This document shows, in pieces, positions 11,943-23,852 of a stretch of 64,000 bases of DNA. The position numbers and the translations under genes are program-made. Numbering within the stretch: the first letter of the stretch is position 1; the number at the start of each line of letters is the position of its first letter. Below the pieces are notes generated by a model. That model saw only the letters and a program-made list of their open reading frames with translations. It was not told where the DNA came from and searched no databases. The DNA is from an uncultured Acidimicrobiales bacterium (lineage in GTDB: Bacteria; Actinomycetota; Acidimicrobiia; Acidimicrobiales; RAAP-2): NCBI GenBank assembly GCA_963758555.1, contig CAVWVW010000004.1:19791-83790 (forward strand). The letters run 5' to 3'.

Positions 11943-12214
11943 TTCACGACTCCTTGAGAATTTCTTGTGATTTCCACCCCCCTTTGGGCGCACGTGAGCA
12001 CGCCGAAATGAAGCTGGGGGCTTCTCCGCCAGACGCGCTCCACAAGGGCCGCGCTGGACGGGTCCAATATCTTACTCACTCAGGAGCAAAACGCCAGCCC
12101 ACCTTCCGAAGTCCCCCATCGCACCCGGTGGGGGCGCTAAAGAGGCGGCAATCGAGGGACGAGAGCTCGGCTGAGAGCCTAGGCGCGCCAGCGTCCATGC
12201 CAGACTGAAGACCC

Positions 12215-14122
12215 GTGCAGCTCCTCGACGGCTCCCCCGACGCGCCCAGCCTCCCCCAGCCTGCGAAGGCCTCTGCAGGCAGTCAGTGCCGACGCTGGAG
12301 CCTCGTCGTCGTCGCCCTCAACGCCTTGTGGATGATCTGGATCGTCTCGCAGAGCTCGTTCTACTCAGACGACTACCTCGACTTCGCCACGGCTCGCCAA
12401 GAGGGCCTGACGTGGCACTACCTGACCAACGGCGTCTTCGGGCACTTCGTCATCGGCTACCGCTTCGGCTACTGGGCGCTCGACAAGGCCTCGCCCTATA
12501 ACTACACGCTGGCCTGCGTGATCATGGTGAGCACCTACGCCCTCTTGGTCTGGGTCTTCTCCCGTGTCCTCGTCCAGCTCGTCGGTCCGCGACCCGGCGT
12601 GCCGATCCTGACCGCCGCCTTCGGGTTCTCGATGCTCATGGCACCGATGATGCTCTGGTGGTCGGCCTACCTCGACTCCGTGCCGCCGATGCTCGGCACG
12701 CTGCTCACGGTGTACTTCTTCCTCCGCTACGACGCCACGCGCCACGCTCGCTTCTTGGTGGCGATGGCGATCGCGCTGGCCGGGGGCCTCGCCTTCTGGG
12801 AGACCGCGCTGCTCGCACCGGTGTTCGTCGTCTTCCTGAGCGTCATCGCCCTTGATCGAGGTGAGTCGCTTCGCCAGCGCGCTTCTTCGCTGTGGCTCCG
12901 CTGGCCGGCATGGGTGGCGATGGCCATCCCGTCGGCGATGTTCCTCCTCTACTACGAGAGAAACCACTACTCCTCGGGCTCGCCCACGCCCTCGGCAGGC
13001 ACGGTGGCAGGATCGTTCCTGGTGGCCTGGTTCAAGGGGATCGGTCCCACCTTCGCCGGGATCAACACCTGCGACAAGCTGGTCCTCGCGCACCCTGTGT
13101 GGACCATCCTCGCTGGCCAAGTGGTGTTCTTCGCCGGCCTCAGCTGGGCGTTGCTTCGCAACCGACGACGAGCGCTCCGAGCGCTCGCGCTCTTCGCGCT
13201 CAGCTTCGTCCTCTACTTCTCGCTCGAGGCGCTCATCCGAAGCGGCTCCTTCGGCACCGCGGTCGGGACCAACTACCTCTACCTGAGCTCGTTCGCTTGG
13301 CTGCTGGCCCTCTGCGCGTCGCTAGCCTGGTACCCGACGACGGCTCCGCGTCGAGCCGAGGTGCTCGACGCCGACGCAGGGAGCGTCGAGGAGCACGGAG
13401 GTCCCGTGCACCACGTGGCGAGCCCTCGTCGCTGGGTCACCGCCCTGCTCGCGGCGATCATGCTGGGTCTCGCCGTCCACGGCCAGGCCGCCATCGCCAG
13501 CGACCTCGGTGCACCGGGCCGAGAGATGCGGACCTACGTCACCAACTTCTCGTCCACGTGGGACAAGGCCAGAGCGGCCTCACCCCACGCCTTCGTCTTC
13601 GACGCCACCTTGCCCGAGTGGCTCACGCCCCTGCCCTTCTACCCGACCAACCTCCTCTCGGTCACGGTCGGCTACCAGGTGCCAGGTGTGACCTGGTCGG
13701 AGGCGACCACCAGCACGTCGGTCGGCTACGCCGCTCAAGAAGACGGCTCCCTCCTCCCGGCTGGCTTCGTGGCGGCAACCTCGTTCGTCAGCTCGAGCAC
13801 CATGTCGCCTTCGGGGCAGTTCTGCCTGCCCGTCCGCTTCGGAGCAGTCGCCGAGACGTTCACGCTGGCCAAGCCCCTCGGCGCGAGCAACTGGTTCCTG
13901 CGCGTGAGCGCTGAGCAGGGATCGCTCGCTCCCACGAGCTTGGGGCTCATCCCGGCGGGGAGAGGCACCACCTCTGACGTGCCGCCTTTGGCTGTGGCGC
14001 CTCACACGATCGCCTACGTGGCGGCCTACCCGGGGGCCACGGCGTCAGCGATCACCGCGGTGTTCCCCGCGGGTCCAGCCTTCTGCGGCTCGCTGGCGAT
14101 CGGTCAGCCCGTCTCGAGCTAG
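12215..14122 (+). CDS. polytopic membrane protein, GT-C-like glycosyltransferase candidate
   Basis: 635-aa ORF with about 10 or more hydrophobic segments. An Asp pair (FYSDDY) follows the first TM segment, as in GT-C enzymes. A large C-terminal region appears non-membrane. The family is not identified. Confidence 0.55.
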   Translation: MQLLDGSPDAPSLPQPAKASAGSQCRRWSLVVVALNALWMIWIVSQSSFYSDDYLDFATARQEGLTWHYLTNGVFGHFVIGYRFGYWALDKASPYNYTLACVIMVSTYALLVWVFSRVLVQLVGPRPGVPILTAAFGFSMLMAPMMLWWSAYLDSVPPMLGTLLTVYFFLRYDATRHARFLVAMAIALAGGLAFWETALLAPVFVVFLSVIALDRGESLRQRASSLWLRWPAWVAMAIPSAMFLLYYERNHYSSGSPTPSAGTVAGSFLVAWFKGIGPTFAGINTCDKLVLAHPVWTILAGQVVFFAGLSWALLRNRRRALRALALFALSFVLYFSLEALIRSGSFGTAVGTNYLYLSSFAWLLALCASLAWYPTTAPRRAEVLDADAGSVEEHGGPVHHVASPRRWVTALLAAIMLGLAVHGQAAIASDLGAPGREMRTYVTNFSSTWDKARAASPHAFVFDATLPEWLTPLPFYPTNLLSVTVGYQVPGVTWSEATTSTSVGYAAQEDGSLLPAGFVAATSFVSSSTMSPSGQFCLPVRFGAVAETFTLAKPLGASNWFLRVSAEQGSLAPTSLGLIPAGRGTTSDVPPLAVAPHTIAYVAAYPGATASAITAVFPAGPAFCGSLAIGQPVSS

Positions 14123-14137
14123 CCCCTCGGGCTCTGC

Positions 14138-15118
14138 TCAGGTCCCGAAGAACGAGGCGCCACCGTTCGAGCCGCTCGCCACGGCGTTCCCACCGCTGAG
14201 GGACGAGAACAGCGACGACGCGTCATAGACCTCGCTCGAGGGAGGAGCGGTGATCGACGTGGCCTCTCCCCAACCGGTGAGGTTGATGGTCACCGACGAG
14301 CTGAGCGCTTGGCCCAGCTCGGTCACGGTGGCGCTCTCGGTCATCTGCACGAGGTGATGATCGTTGTCGATGGCCAAGGTCACGGTCTCCTGCGAGGTGC
14401 CGAGACCTGAGAGGATCTGCGTCTTGAACGCGTCGCTCAACCCTGATGACTCGATCCGCGACTTGACAGCCTCCGGGCTGATGACCGCCTGGTAGCGGTG
14501 GACCGCCTCACCGTTGACCGTCCCGGCTCCAAGGTCGGTGACGACGATGCCGCTCCCTGGCTGGGAGAACGTGCGCAAGAGCGAGGTCGGGTCAGGGGCG
14601 GCGATGCCGCTCGAGCTCCCTGCCACGGCGCTCAAGGCCGAGACGTCGACCGACAGCCAGGACTTGCCCGCCGGGAGATGGCTGGCGAGCGCGGAGCTGG
14701 AGAGATAGAGGGTGGAGTCGACGAGCACCTCGCTGAGCGTGACCGGCGAGCTGAGCGCAGGAGTCGTGGTGGTTCCCGTCAGCTCCATCGCTCGCTGCGC
14801 AGGGTTGGCAGCGCCCGAGCCTGAGATGGTCACGCTCTGGCCCGACGAACCGACGCTGACCTTGCTCTCGAGCGTGAAGTGGTAGGTGCCTTGGGTGAGC
14901 GAGTCCGACGCCGCGTCGGCAACCGCCACGGCCGCGTTCGCCGAGCCCGACGAGCCCCCGACGCTGAGCGCGGTGATCGCTCCGGCAACGATGACTGCGG
15001 CCCCGACCACGAACGGCCAGCGCCTCCGTCGGGGCTCGCTCGTCGCTGGTGGCTCCGACGCTCCTTCGCTCACGACGCCGGGCGTGGCGTCGCTCGAAGG
15101 CTGGTCAAGCTCGTCCAT
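14138..15118 (-). CDS. membrane-anchored exported protein of unknown function (possible LolA/LppX-like lipid-binding fold)
   Basis: 326-aa ORF with an acidic N-terminus, RRRW followed by one TM segment, then a Ser/Thr/Gly-rich beta-type domain. It lies directly downstream of map on the same strand. Confidence 0.5.
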   Translation of the reverse strand: MDELDQPSSDATPGVVSEGASEPPATSEPRRRRWPFVVGAAVIVAGAITALSVGGSSGSANAAVAVADAASDSLTQGTYHFTLESKVSVGSSGQSVTISGSGAANPAQRAMELTGTTTTPALSSPVTLSEVLVDSTLYLSSSALASHLPAGKSWLSVDVSALSAVAGSSSGIAAPDPTSLLRTFSQPGSGIVVTDLGAGTVNGEAVHRYQAVISPEAVKSRIESSGLSDAFKTQILSGLGTSQETVTLAIDNDHHLVQMTESATVTELGQALSSSVTINLTGWGEATSITAPPSSEVYDASSLFSSLSGGNAVASGSNGGASFFGT

Positions 15119-15162
15119 CGGTCTCCTCTCGTCAGCCCGTCACGATAGTGACGAGGCGAGCA

Positions 15163-15906
15163 CTAGGGAAGGGTGAAGATCTCGGGCCCGTGCTCGGTGA
15201 CCGCGATGGTGTGTTCGAAGTGCGCCGAGAGCGAGCCGTCAGCGGTCACGACGCCCCAGCCGTCTTCGAGGGTGAAGGTCTCCGGTCCCCCCACGTTGAC
15301 CATGGGCTCGACGGCGTAGACCATGCCGGTCTTCAGGGTCGGCCCCGGGCTGCCCGGCCAGTAGTTGGGGACCTGAGGCTGCTCGTGCATGGCGGTGCCG
15401 ATGGCGTGGCCGACGTACTCGCGCACCACCGTGAAGCCGGCGGCCTCCGCGACGTCTTGGACGGCACGGCCCACCTCGTGGAGGCGGTTGCCCTTGGTGA
15501 GCTGCTCGATGCCGGCGAAGAGGCTCCGCTCAGTCACCTCGAGCAGGCGGGCAGCCTCCTTGGAGATCTCCCCCACCCCCGCGGTGTAGGCGGCGTCGCC
15601 GTGGTAGCCCTCGATGATCGCTCCGCAGTCGATGGAGATGATGTCGCCCTCGACCAAGATCACGTCGTCTGACGGGATGCCGTGGACGATCATGTCGTTC
15701 GGGCTCGTGCAGATCACCGCCGGGAAGCCGTGGTAGTTGAGGAAGTTCGAGGTCGCTCCTCGCCGCTCGATGACGTCGGCCGCCACCTTGTTGAGCCCCA
15801 TGGTGCTGATGCCCGGACGGATGGCCGCGCGAGTCGCCTCGTGCATCTCGGCGACGACCTTGCCGGCCTTGCGCATCTTGTTCAGCTCTTCTTCATTGCG
15901 ACGCAT
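15163..15906 (-). CDS. map: type I methionine aminopeptidase
   Basis: 247-aa ORF with metal-ligand motifs (DIISIDCG, VGHAIG, EPMV). It follows adk as usual. Confidence 0.95.
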   Translation of the reverse strand: MRRNEEELNKMRKAGKVVAEMHEATRAAIRPGISTMGLNKVAADVIERRGATSNFLNYHGFPAVICTSPNDMIVHGIPSDDVILVEGDIISIDCGAIIEGYHGDAAYTAGVGEISKEAARLLEVTERSLFAGIEQLTKGNRLHEVGRAVQDVAEAAGFTVVREYVGHAIGTAMHEQPQVPNYWPGSPGPTLKTGMVYAVEPMVNVGGPETFTLEDGWGVVTADGSLSAHFEHTIAVTEHGPEIFTLP

Positions 15907-15909
15907 GCT

Positions 15910-17865
<1,956 letters not shown>

Positions 17866-17874
17866 GTAGAGAAC

Positions 17875-18363
17875 CTACCGGTTCATGTGCTGGTTGCCCG
17901 AAGCTGGCGGGCGTCCACCCCCGAAGGGAAGCGGAATCCGCTCCACGGAGCCACCGGCGTCGACGATGGCCGCCTCAGCCGACTTCGAGAAGGCGTGGGC
18001 GGAGACGTTCAACGCGCTCGAGAGCTCACCACGTCCCAGGATCTTGACGAGGGCGTTCTTGCGAACGAGCCCTCGCTCGACGAGGACGTCGAAGGTGATC
18101 TCGCTGACGCCGAGCGCGCCCAGGGCGTCCACGTTGACCGGCGTGTACTCGACCCGGAACGGGTTGTTGAAGCCGCGCAGCTTCGGGATCCGCTGCATGA
18201 GCGGCAGCTGGCCACCTTCGAAGCCGGCCGGGATCGTGTCACGAGCCTTCTGGCCCTTGGTGCCACGGCCGGCGGTCTTGCCGCCCTTGCCCGCGATGCC
18301 GCGACCGACCCGGTAGCGCTTCTTAGTTGAGCCCTCAGAGGGCTTGAGATCGTGGATCTTCAC
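17875..18363 (-). CDS. rplO: 50S ribosomal protein uL15
   Basis: 162-aa ORF starting MKIHDLKPSEGSTKKRYRVGRGIAGKGGKT. Confidence 0.95.
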   Translation of the reverse strand: MKIHDLKPSEGSTKKRYRVGRGIAGKGGKTAGRGTKGQKARDTIPAGFEGGQLPLMQRIPKLRGFNNPFRVEYTPVNVDALGALGVSEITFDVLVERGLVRKNALVKILGRGELSSALNVSAHAFSKSAEAAIVDAGGSVERIPLPFGGGRPPASGNQHMNR

Positions 18364-18545
18364 TTGGCGACCTCCTCCACCGAGACGAGGTGGGGAACAC
18401 GAGCGATCATGCCGCGGATCTCAGGGCGATCCGGCAGCACGTTGGACTGGCCGAGGCGACGGAGCCCGAGCGCGCGCAGCGTGCCACGGTGCTTGGGCTT
18501 GGTGCCGATGGCGGAGCGAACTTGGGTGACCTTGAGATCAGCCAT
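18360..18545 (-). CDS. rpmD: 50S ribosomal protein uL30
   Basis: 61-aa ORF starting [28 protein letters not shown]. Confidence 0.95.
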   Translation of the reverse strand: MADLKVTQVRSAIGTKPKHRGTLRALGLRRLGQSNVLPDRPEIRGMIARVPHLVSVEEVAK

Positions 18546-19102
18546 CAGTGCGTGGCCTCCTTGAACAGACCGTCTTCACGCTGACGCTCCCGATAGGCAC
18601 GCAGCACGCCAGCCGGGACGACCTCGTCGGGGGTCTTGCCGCGGAGGGCAGCGACCTCTTCAGGGCGACGAAGCTCCTTGAGCCCCGCGATGGTGGCGTG
18701 GGCCACGTTGATCGAGTTCGACGACCCGAGCGACTTGGCCAGGATGTCGCGGATGCCCGCCATCTCCAAGATGGCGCGGGCGGCGCCTCCAGCGATGACA
18801 CCGGTACCGGGAGCCGCGGGCTTGAGCAGCACGCGTCCCGCTCCAGCCTCGCCCAGGATCTGGTGGGTGATGGTGGTGCCGGCCAAGGGCACCTCGAAGA
18901 GGTTCTTGCGAGCCTCTTCGATGCCCTTCTGCACGGCCAGGCCGGCCTCTTTGGCCTTGCCGTAGCCGAGACCGACGCGACCCTTGCCGTCACCGATCAC
19001 CATGAGCGCAGCGAAGCTGAAGCGACGACCACCCTTGACGACCTTGGCGACGCGGTTGACGTTGATCGTCCGCTCTTCAAACTGCTCGATGTCTGCCATC
19101 AA
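18545..19102 (-). CDS. rpsE: 30S ribosomal protein uS5
   Basis: 185-aa ORF containing [25 protein letters not shown]. Confidence 0.95.
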   Translation of the reverse strand: MMADIEQFEERTINVNRVAKVVKGGRRFSFAALMVIGDGKGRVGLGYGKAKEAGLAVQKGIEEARKNLFEVPLAGTTITHQILGEAGAGRVLLKPAAPGTGVIAGGAARAILEMAGIRDILAKSLGSSNSINVAHATIAGLKELRRPEEVAALRGKTPDEVVPAGVLRAYRERQREDGLFKEATH

Positions 19103-19455
19103 AACTCCAGTCCCTCTTCACGCAGCGCCTCAGCCAGGGCGGCGACGCGCCCGTGGTAGCTGAACCCGCCGCGGTCGAACACCACGGTGGTGATGCCGGC
19201 AGCCTTCGCACGAGCCGCCAGCTCCTTGCCCACAGCGGCGGCGCCGTCGCGGTTTGCTCCAGTTGCGTCCAGCGACTTCTCCACCGACGAAGCGGCAGCC
19301 AGGGTGCGGCCCGACTCGTCGTCGATGATCTGGGCGCTGATGTGCTTGTTCGACCTCGAGACCGCCACGCGCGGACGCGCCGCGGTGCCAGTGATGCTCA
19401 GACGAACCCGCTTGTGACGGCGGATCCGAAGGTCGCGCGTTGATCGCTTCGCCAT
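19099..19455 (-). CDS. rplR: 50S ribosomal protein uL18
   Basis: 118-aa ORF containing [19 protein letters not shown] and [12 protein letters not shown]. Confidence 0.95.
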   Translation of the reverse strand: MAKRSTRDLRIRRHKRVRLSITGTAARPRVAVSRSNKHISAQIIDDESGRTLAAASSVEKSLDATGANRDGAAAVGKELAARAKAAGITTVVFDRGGFSYHGRVAALAEALREEGLEF

Positions 19456-19457
19456 GA

Positions 19458-19997
19458 CTACTTCGCTGCCTTTCCGGCCTTGCGCAACACGCGCTCGCCG
19501 GCGTAGCGCACGCCCTTGCCCTTGTAAGGCTCAGGCTTGCGGATCTTGCGGATGTTGGCGGCCACCTGGCCGACCTTCTCCTTGTCGTTGCCCTTGATCA
19601 CGATCTTGGTCGGAGAAGGGACCTCGAAGGTCACGCCCTCAGGCGCGTCGAAGAAGACGGGGTGCGAGAAGCCAAGGGCGAGCTCCAGCGAACCAGGGCC
19701 CTTGGCCTGGGCGCGGTAGCCCACGCCCACGATCTCAAGCTCCTTCGAGTAGCCCTCGGTCACGCCGGTGACCATGTTGGCGACCAGCGAGCGCGTCAGC
19801 CCGTGGAGCGCGCGGCTCTGGCGCTCGTCGTTGGGCCGCTCGACCACCAAGGTCTCGCCCTCTTGGCGAACCGAGATGGTCGCCGGGATGGAGCGCTCCA
19901 AGGTGCCCTGGGGACCAGAGACCTTGACGTGGTCGCCTTGGACCTCGACGGTGACCGTCGAGGGCACAGCGATGGGTGAACGTCCGATGCGCGACAT
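19458..19997 (-). CDS. rplF: 50S ribosomal protein uL6
   Basis: 179-aa ORF starting [19 protein letters not shown]. Confidence 0.95.
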   Translation of the reverse strand: MSRIGRSPIAVPSTVTVEVQGDHVKVSGPQGTLERSIPATISVRQEGETLVVERPNDERQSRALHGLTRSLVANMVTGVTEGYSKELEIVGVGYRAQAKGPGSLELALGFSHPVFFDAPEGVTFEVPSPTKIVIKGNDKEKVGQVAANIRKIRKPEPYKGKGVRYAGERVLRKAGKAAK

Positions 19998-20025
19998 CTA
20001 GCGCACCCCCTTCGTGGTGATGGTC

Positions 20026-20430
20026 CTACCAGACATGGCAGAGCACCTCTCCACCGAGGTGGCGCTTGCGCGCCTCTCGGTCGGTCATGAGACCGGCCGA
20101 GGTCGACAGCACGGCCACACCGAAGCCGCCGAGCACGCGATCGATGTTGTCGGCACGTGCGTAGATCCGGAGGCCAGGCTTGGACACGCGCTTGAGACCA
20201 GCGATGGTCGAGCGGCGCTCTGAGTCGTACTTCAGCGTGATGGTCAGCGAGGAGCCGGGACGGTCCTCGTTGGGCGTCGTGCTGAAGCCGCCGACGAAGC
20301 CCTCGCGCTCCAAGATCGTCGCGAGCGACTCCTTGAGCTTCGAGCCGGGCATCGTCACCGAGTCGTGCTGTGCCTTGTTGGCGTTCCTGATGCGGGTCAG
20401 CATGTCCGCGATGGGGTCAGTCATTGTCAT
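20026..20430 (-). CDS. rpsH: 30S ribosomal protein uS8
   Basis: 134-aa ORF containing [13 protein letters not shown]. Confidence 0.95.
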   Translation of the reverse strand: MTMTDPIADMLTRIRNANKAQHDSVTMPGSKLKESLATILEREGFVGGFSTTPNEDRPGSSLTITLKYDSERRSTIAGLKRVSKPGLRIYARADNIDRVLGGFGVAVLSTSAGLMTDREARKRHLGGEVLCHVW

Positions 20431-20443
20431 TGGTCGACCTCCC

Positions 20444-20629
20444 TCACCAGCTCGCCTTGGTCACACCCGGGATCTCACCGGCGTGGACCATCTGACGAAG
20501 GCAGATACGGCAGAGCCCGAACTTGCGATAGACGGCCTTGGGCCGTCCGCACCGCTGGCAACGGGTGTAGCCGCGCACCTTGAACTTCGGCGTCTTCTGC
20601 TGCTTGAGAATGAGTGCTTTCTTCGCCAT
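20444..20629 (-). CDS. rpsN: 30S ribosomal protein uS14, short zinc-binding type Z
   Basis: The inner ATG at 20629 gives a 61-aa protein, [45 protein letters not shown], with CxxC..CxxC. Confidence 0.9.
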   Translation of the reverse strand: MAKKALILKQQKTPKFKVRGYTRCQRCGRPKAVYRKFGLCRICLRQMVHAGEIPGVTKASW

Positions 20630-20633
20630 GGGA

Positions 20634-21196
20634 TTAGCTGTTCTCCTGTCGGAACGGGAAGCCGAACGCACGGAGGAACGCGCGGCCTTCGTCATCGGTG
20701 CGGGCGGTCGTCACGATGGTGATGTCCATGCCGCGGGGGCTGTCGATCTTGTCGTACTCGAGCTCCGGGAAGATGAGCTGCTCGGTCACACCGAAGGTGT
20801 AGTTCCCGTGGCCGTCGAAGGACTTGGGGTTCAAGCCTCGGAAGTCACGGATGCGAGGGATGGCCAGGCTGATGAGCCGATCAAGGAACTCCCAGGCCCG
20901 GTCGCCGCGCAAGGTCACCTTGACGCCGATGGGCTGGCCCTCGCGCAGCTTGAAGCCGGCGATCGACTTCTTCGCCGTGGTCACCGCGGGCTTCTGGCCC
21001 GTGATGGCCTCGAGGTCGCGCTGGGCGCCTTCAAGAGCGACTGCTGCTGGGTGGCCTTGCCGACGCCTGAGTTGACGACGATCTTGACGAGTCGCGGCGA
21101 CTCCATGATGTTGCCTAGGCCCAGCTCCTCTTGAAGCTTGGCTCGCAGCTCAGCGTCGTAGCGCTCCTTGAGCCTCGGTCGAGTGGTGGTGGTCAT
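20634..21196 (-). CDS. rplE: 50S ribosomal protein uL5, frame-disrupted
   Basis: The N-terminus [21 protein letters not shown]...[10 protein letters not shown] is in the frame of ORF 20981..21790. The sequence continues [32 protein letters not shown] in the frame of ORF 20634..20984. One base is missing near 21032. The span is 563 nt = 3n+2. Confidence 0.9.
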
Positions 21197-21501
21197 AGAT
21201 CTGCTCCGCACTTCCGACAGACGCGCACCTTCGTGTCGCCCTCGAGCTTCATGCCGGCCCTGGTGGGCTGGTCGCACTTCGTGCACCACAGCGAGACCGA
21301 CGACACGTGCAGCGGCATGTACTTGTCGATGATGCCTGCCTGCATGGTCGAGCCCTGCTGCTTGGTGGCGCGCTTCGCGATGTTGATGCCGTCGAGGACG
21401 ACCTGGTCCTTCTCGGGCAGCGCTCTGATGACCTCTCCACGCTGGCCGGCCCACTTGCCGGTCCGCACGACGACCAGGTCGCCCTTCTTGACGCGCATCA
21501 C
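21193..21501 (-). CDS. rplX: 50S ribosomal protein uL24 with a C-terminal CxxC..CxxC motif
   Basis: 102-aa ORF starting [24 protein letters not shown]. The tail reads [28 protein letters not shown]. Confidence 0.95.
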   Translation of the reverse strand: MMRVKKGDLVVVRTGKWAGQRGEVIRALPEKDQVVLDGINIAKRATKQQGSTMQAGIIDKYMPLHVSSVSLWCTKCDQPTRAGMKLEGDTKVRVCRKCGADL

Positions 21502-21866
21502 AGCACCTCCGGCGCCAGCGAAACGATTCGCATGAACTTCTTGTCACGCAGCTCACGACCGACGGGACCGAAGATGCGGGTCCCGCGGGGCTGGAGCTGC
21601 TCGTTGATGAGGACGGCCGCGTTCTCGTCGAAGCGGATGTAGCTGCCGTCGGGACGGCGCTTCTCCTTCTTCGTCCGCACGACGACGCAGCGGACCACGT
21701 CACCGCGCTTGACGGCGGCACCGGGGATGGCGTCTTTGACGGTGGCGATGAAGATGTCACCGATCGAGGCGTACCGGCGGCGCGAGCCACCGAGCACTCG
21801 GATGCAGAGCACCTCTTTGGCCCCTGAGTTGTCAGCCACCCGGAGGCGAGACTCCTGCTGGATCAT
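21498..21866 (-). CDS. rplN: 50S ribosomal protein uL14
   Basis: 122-aa ORF starting [27 protein letters not shown]. Confidence 0.95.
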   Translation of the reverse strand: MIQQESRLRVADNSGAKEVLCIRVLGGSRRRYASIGDIFIATVKDAIPGAAVKRGDVVRCVVVRTKKEKRRPDGSYIRFDENAAVLINEQLQPRGTRIFGPVGRELRDKKFMRIVSLAPEVL

Positions 21867-22144
21867 CGGGCACGCTCCAAGATCTCCACCAAGCGCCAGC
21901 GCTTGAGCTTGGACACCGGTCGGGTCTCAGCCACGCGGACGCGGTCGCCGACCTTGGCCTCGGAGCTCTCGTCGTGGACGTAGAGCTTCTTGGTGCGCTG
22001 CACCGTCTTGCCGTAGCGGGGGTGCCGCACGCGCTCGACGACGGCCACCACCACCGTGCTGTCCATCTTGTCGGAGACCACGATGCCCTCGCGCACCTTG
22101 CGCTGGGCCCTCTCGGTCGTCTCTTCGGTCGTGTCGGCCGCCAT
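21863..22144 (-). CDS. rpsQ: 30S ribosomal protein uS17
   Basis: 93-aa ORF containing [28 protein letters not shown]. Confidence 0.95.
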   Translation of the reverse strand: MAADTTEETTERAQRKVREGIVVSDKMDSTVVVAVVERVRHPRYGKTVQRTKKLYVHDESSEAKVGDRVRVAETRPVSKLKRWRLVEILERAR

Positions 22145-22377
22145 CAGGCCTCTCCTTGACTCTCCGCCAGGGCCTCGGCCTCAGCGATCTCGCGGTCACG
22201 CAGCACCGTCAGGAGCCGCGCGATGTCCTTGCGCACCTCGCCCATGCGGGCGGTGTTATCCAGCTGGCCGGTGGCCAGCTGGAAGCGCAGGTTGAACAGC
22301 TCACGTCGAGCCTCGGCCAGACGGTCGAGGATCTCGTCACTGTTGAGGTCGAGCAGCTCTGCTGCCTTGGAGCTCAT
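22144..22377 (-). CDS. rpmC: 50S ribosomal protein uL29
   Basis: The inner ATG at 22377 gives a 77-aa protein, [39 protein letters not shown]. Its start forms an ATGA overlap with the rplP stop. Confidence 0.9.
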   Translation of the reverse strand: MSSKAAELLDLNSDEILDRLAEARRELFNLRFQLATGQLDNTARMGEVRKDIARLLTVLRDREIAEAEALAESQGEA

Positions 22378-22811
22378 ACCGTCACCTCCGGCATGCCATG
22401 CGTCCCTGGGCGAACCACGAACTTGGCCTTCATCGGGAGCTTCTGGATCGCTCGCTCCATCGCGGCGCGGGCCAGCGGCTCGTCGACGCCCGCCAGCTCG
22501 AAGAGCATCCGGCCTGGCTTGACCACGGCCACCCAGTGCTCCGGGTTGCCCTTGCCTGAGCCCATCCGGGTCTCTGCAGGCTTCTCGGTCACCGGCTTGT
22601 CCGGGAAGACCCGGATCCACACCTTGCCGCCGCGCTTGACGTGACGAGTCATGGCGATACGAGCAGCTTCGATCTGACGAGCGGTGAGCCATGCGGGCTC
22701 AAGCGCCTGGATGCCGAAGTCGCCAAAGGAGACCTCGGTCCCGCCCTTGGCCTGACCCGACATGCGGCCGCGCTGCTGCTTGCGGTGGCGGACCTTGCGA
22801 GGCATCAGCAT
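22374..22811 (-). CDS. rplP: 50S ribosomal protein uL16
   Basis: 145-aa ORF starting [19 protein letters not shown]. Confidence 0.95.
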   Translation of the reverse strand: MLMPRKVRHRKQQRGRMSGQAKGGTEVSFGDFGIQALEPAWLTARQIEAARIAMTRHVKRGGKVWIRVFPDKPVTEKPAETRMGSGKGNPEHWVAVVKPGRMLFELAGVDEPLARAAMERAIQKLPMKAKFVVRPGTHGMPEVTV

Positions 22812-22813
22812 GG

Positions 22814-23852
22814 TCAGTCCACCTCCTTCTTGAAGTGCGGGGCCTCGTGGTGCTCGTGCACGGCACGACGCTCGATGTCCTCTTCAGCGGCCAGGCGCTT
22901 CTCGAGCTCATCGTTCTCATCGGGCGTGGCAACCAGCTCGGTGACGACGACCTCGGTCTCCTCGGTGCCTCCGCGCTCTCGGTGCTCTCGGTGCTCTCGA
23001 CGACGGCGTCGATCTCGACCACCTCTTCGACGACCACGTCTTCGGTGGCAGCGCCCAGGCTCGGGCATCGCTGCCTTGCGTCGACCGCCACCGGCGGTCA
23101 CGAGTCGCTTGGGGCCGCTCGGCGCTGCGGGGGTACCGTCAGGCGACGCGCCCTGACCCGGAGGTCTCGCCGACGGCCATAGCGGCCTCACGGTTGATCT
23201 TGTCCTCGACGGAGACCTTGTAAGGAAGGATGTCGCCCTTGTAGATCCAGACCTTCACGCCCACGCGACCCGTTGCGGTGCGGGCCTCACGGAAGCCGTA
23301 GTCGATGTCGGCGCGAAGCGTGTGCAGCGGCACGCGACCCTCGCGGTACTGCTCCTTGCGGCTCATCTCAGCCCCACCGAGGCGACCCGAGCACTGGACC
23401 TTGATGCCAAGCGCGCCGGCCTTCTGGACGGTCTGGATGGCTCGCTTCATGGCACGGCGGAACGCCACACGGCGCACCAGCTGGTCGCAGATGCCCTGGG
23501 CGATCAGCGCGGCGTCGAGCTCAGGCTGCTTGATCTCTTGGATGTTGAGCTGGATGCGGTTGGGCAGCCCGGTGATCTCCTCGAGCTTCTTCTTGAGACG
23601 GTCGGCCTCAGAGCCGCGACGTCCGATGACGATGCCCGGGCGGGCCGTGTGGATGTCCACGCGAAGGCGATCGCGGGTGCGCTCGACCTCGATGCGACTG
23701 ACCGCGGCGGTCTCGAGCTGGCTGTTCAGGTAGTCGCGGATCTTCCAGTCTTCGATGACGAACTCTTTGTAGTTGCGCTCCTCGAACCAGCGCGACTTCC
23801 AGTCAGTCGTCACGCCGAGGCGGAAGCCGTAGGGGTTTACCTTCTGGCCCAT
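22814..23852 (-). CDS. rpsC: 30S ribosomal protein uS3 with a long acidic C-terminal extension, frame-disrupted in the tail
   Basis: ORF 23139..23852 holds the conserved uS3 body ([13 protein letters not shown]...). The downstream 325 nt encode Asp/Glu/Thr/Val-rich sequence split over two other frames (ORFs 22814..23191 and 22699..23091). That sequence ends in a stop 3 nt before the rplP start. The span is 1039 nt = 3n+1. Confidence 0.75.
22975..23000 (-). repeat. 9-nt tandem repeat (gctctcggt, about 2.9 copies) in the uS3 tail, encoding (E-S-T)n
   Basis: Read directly from the sequence. It is adjacent to one of the inferred frame changes in the tail. Confidence 0.8.
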
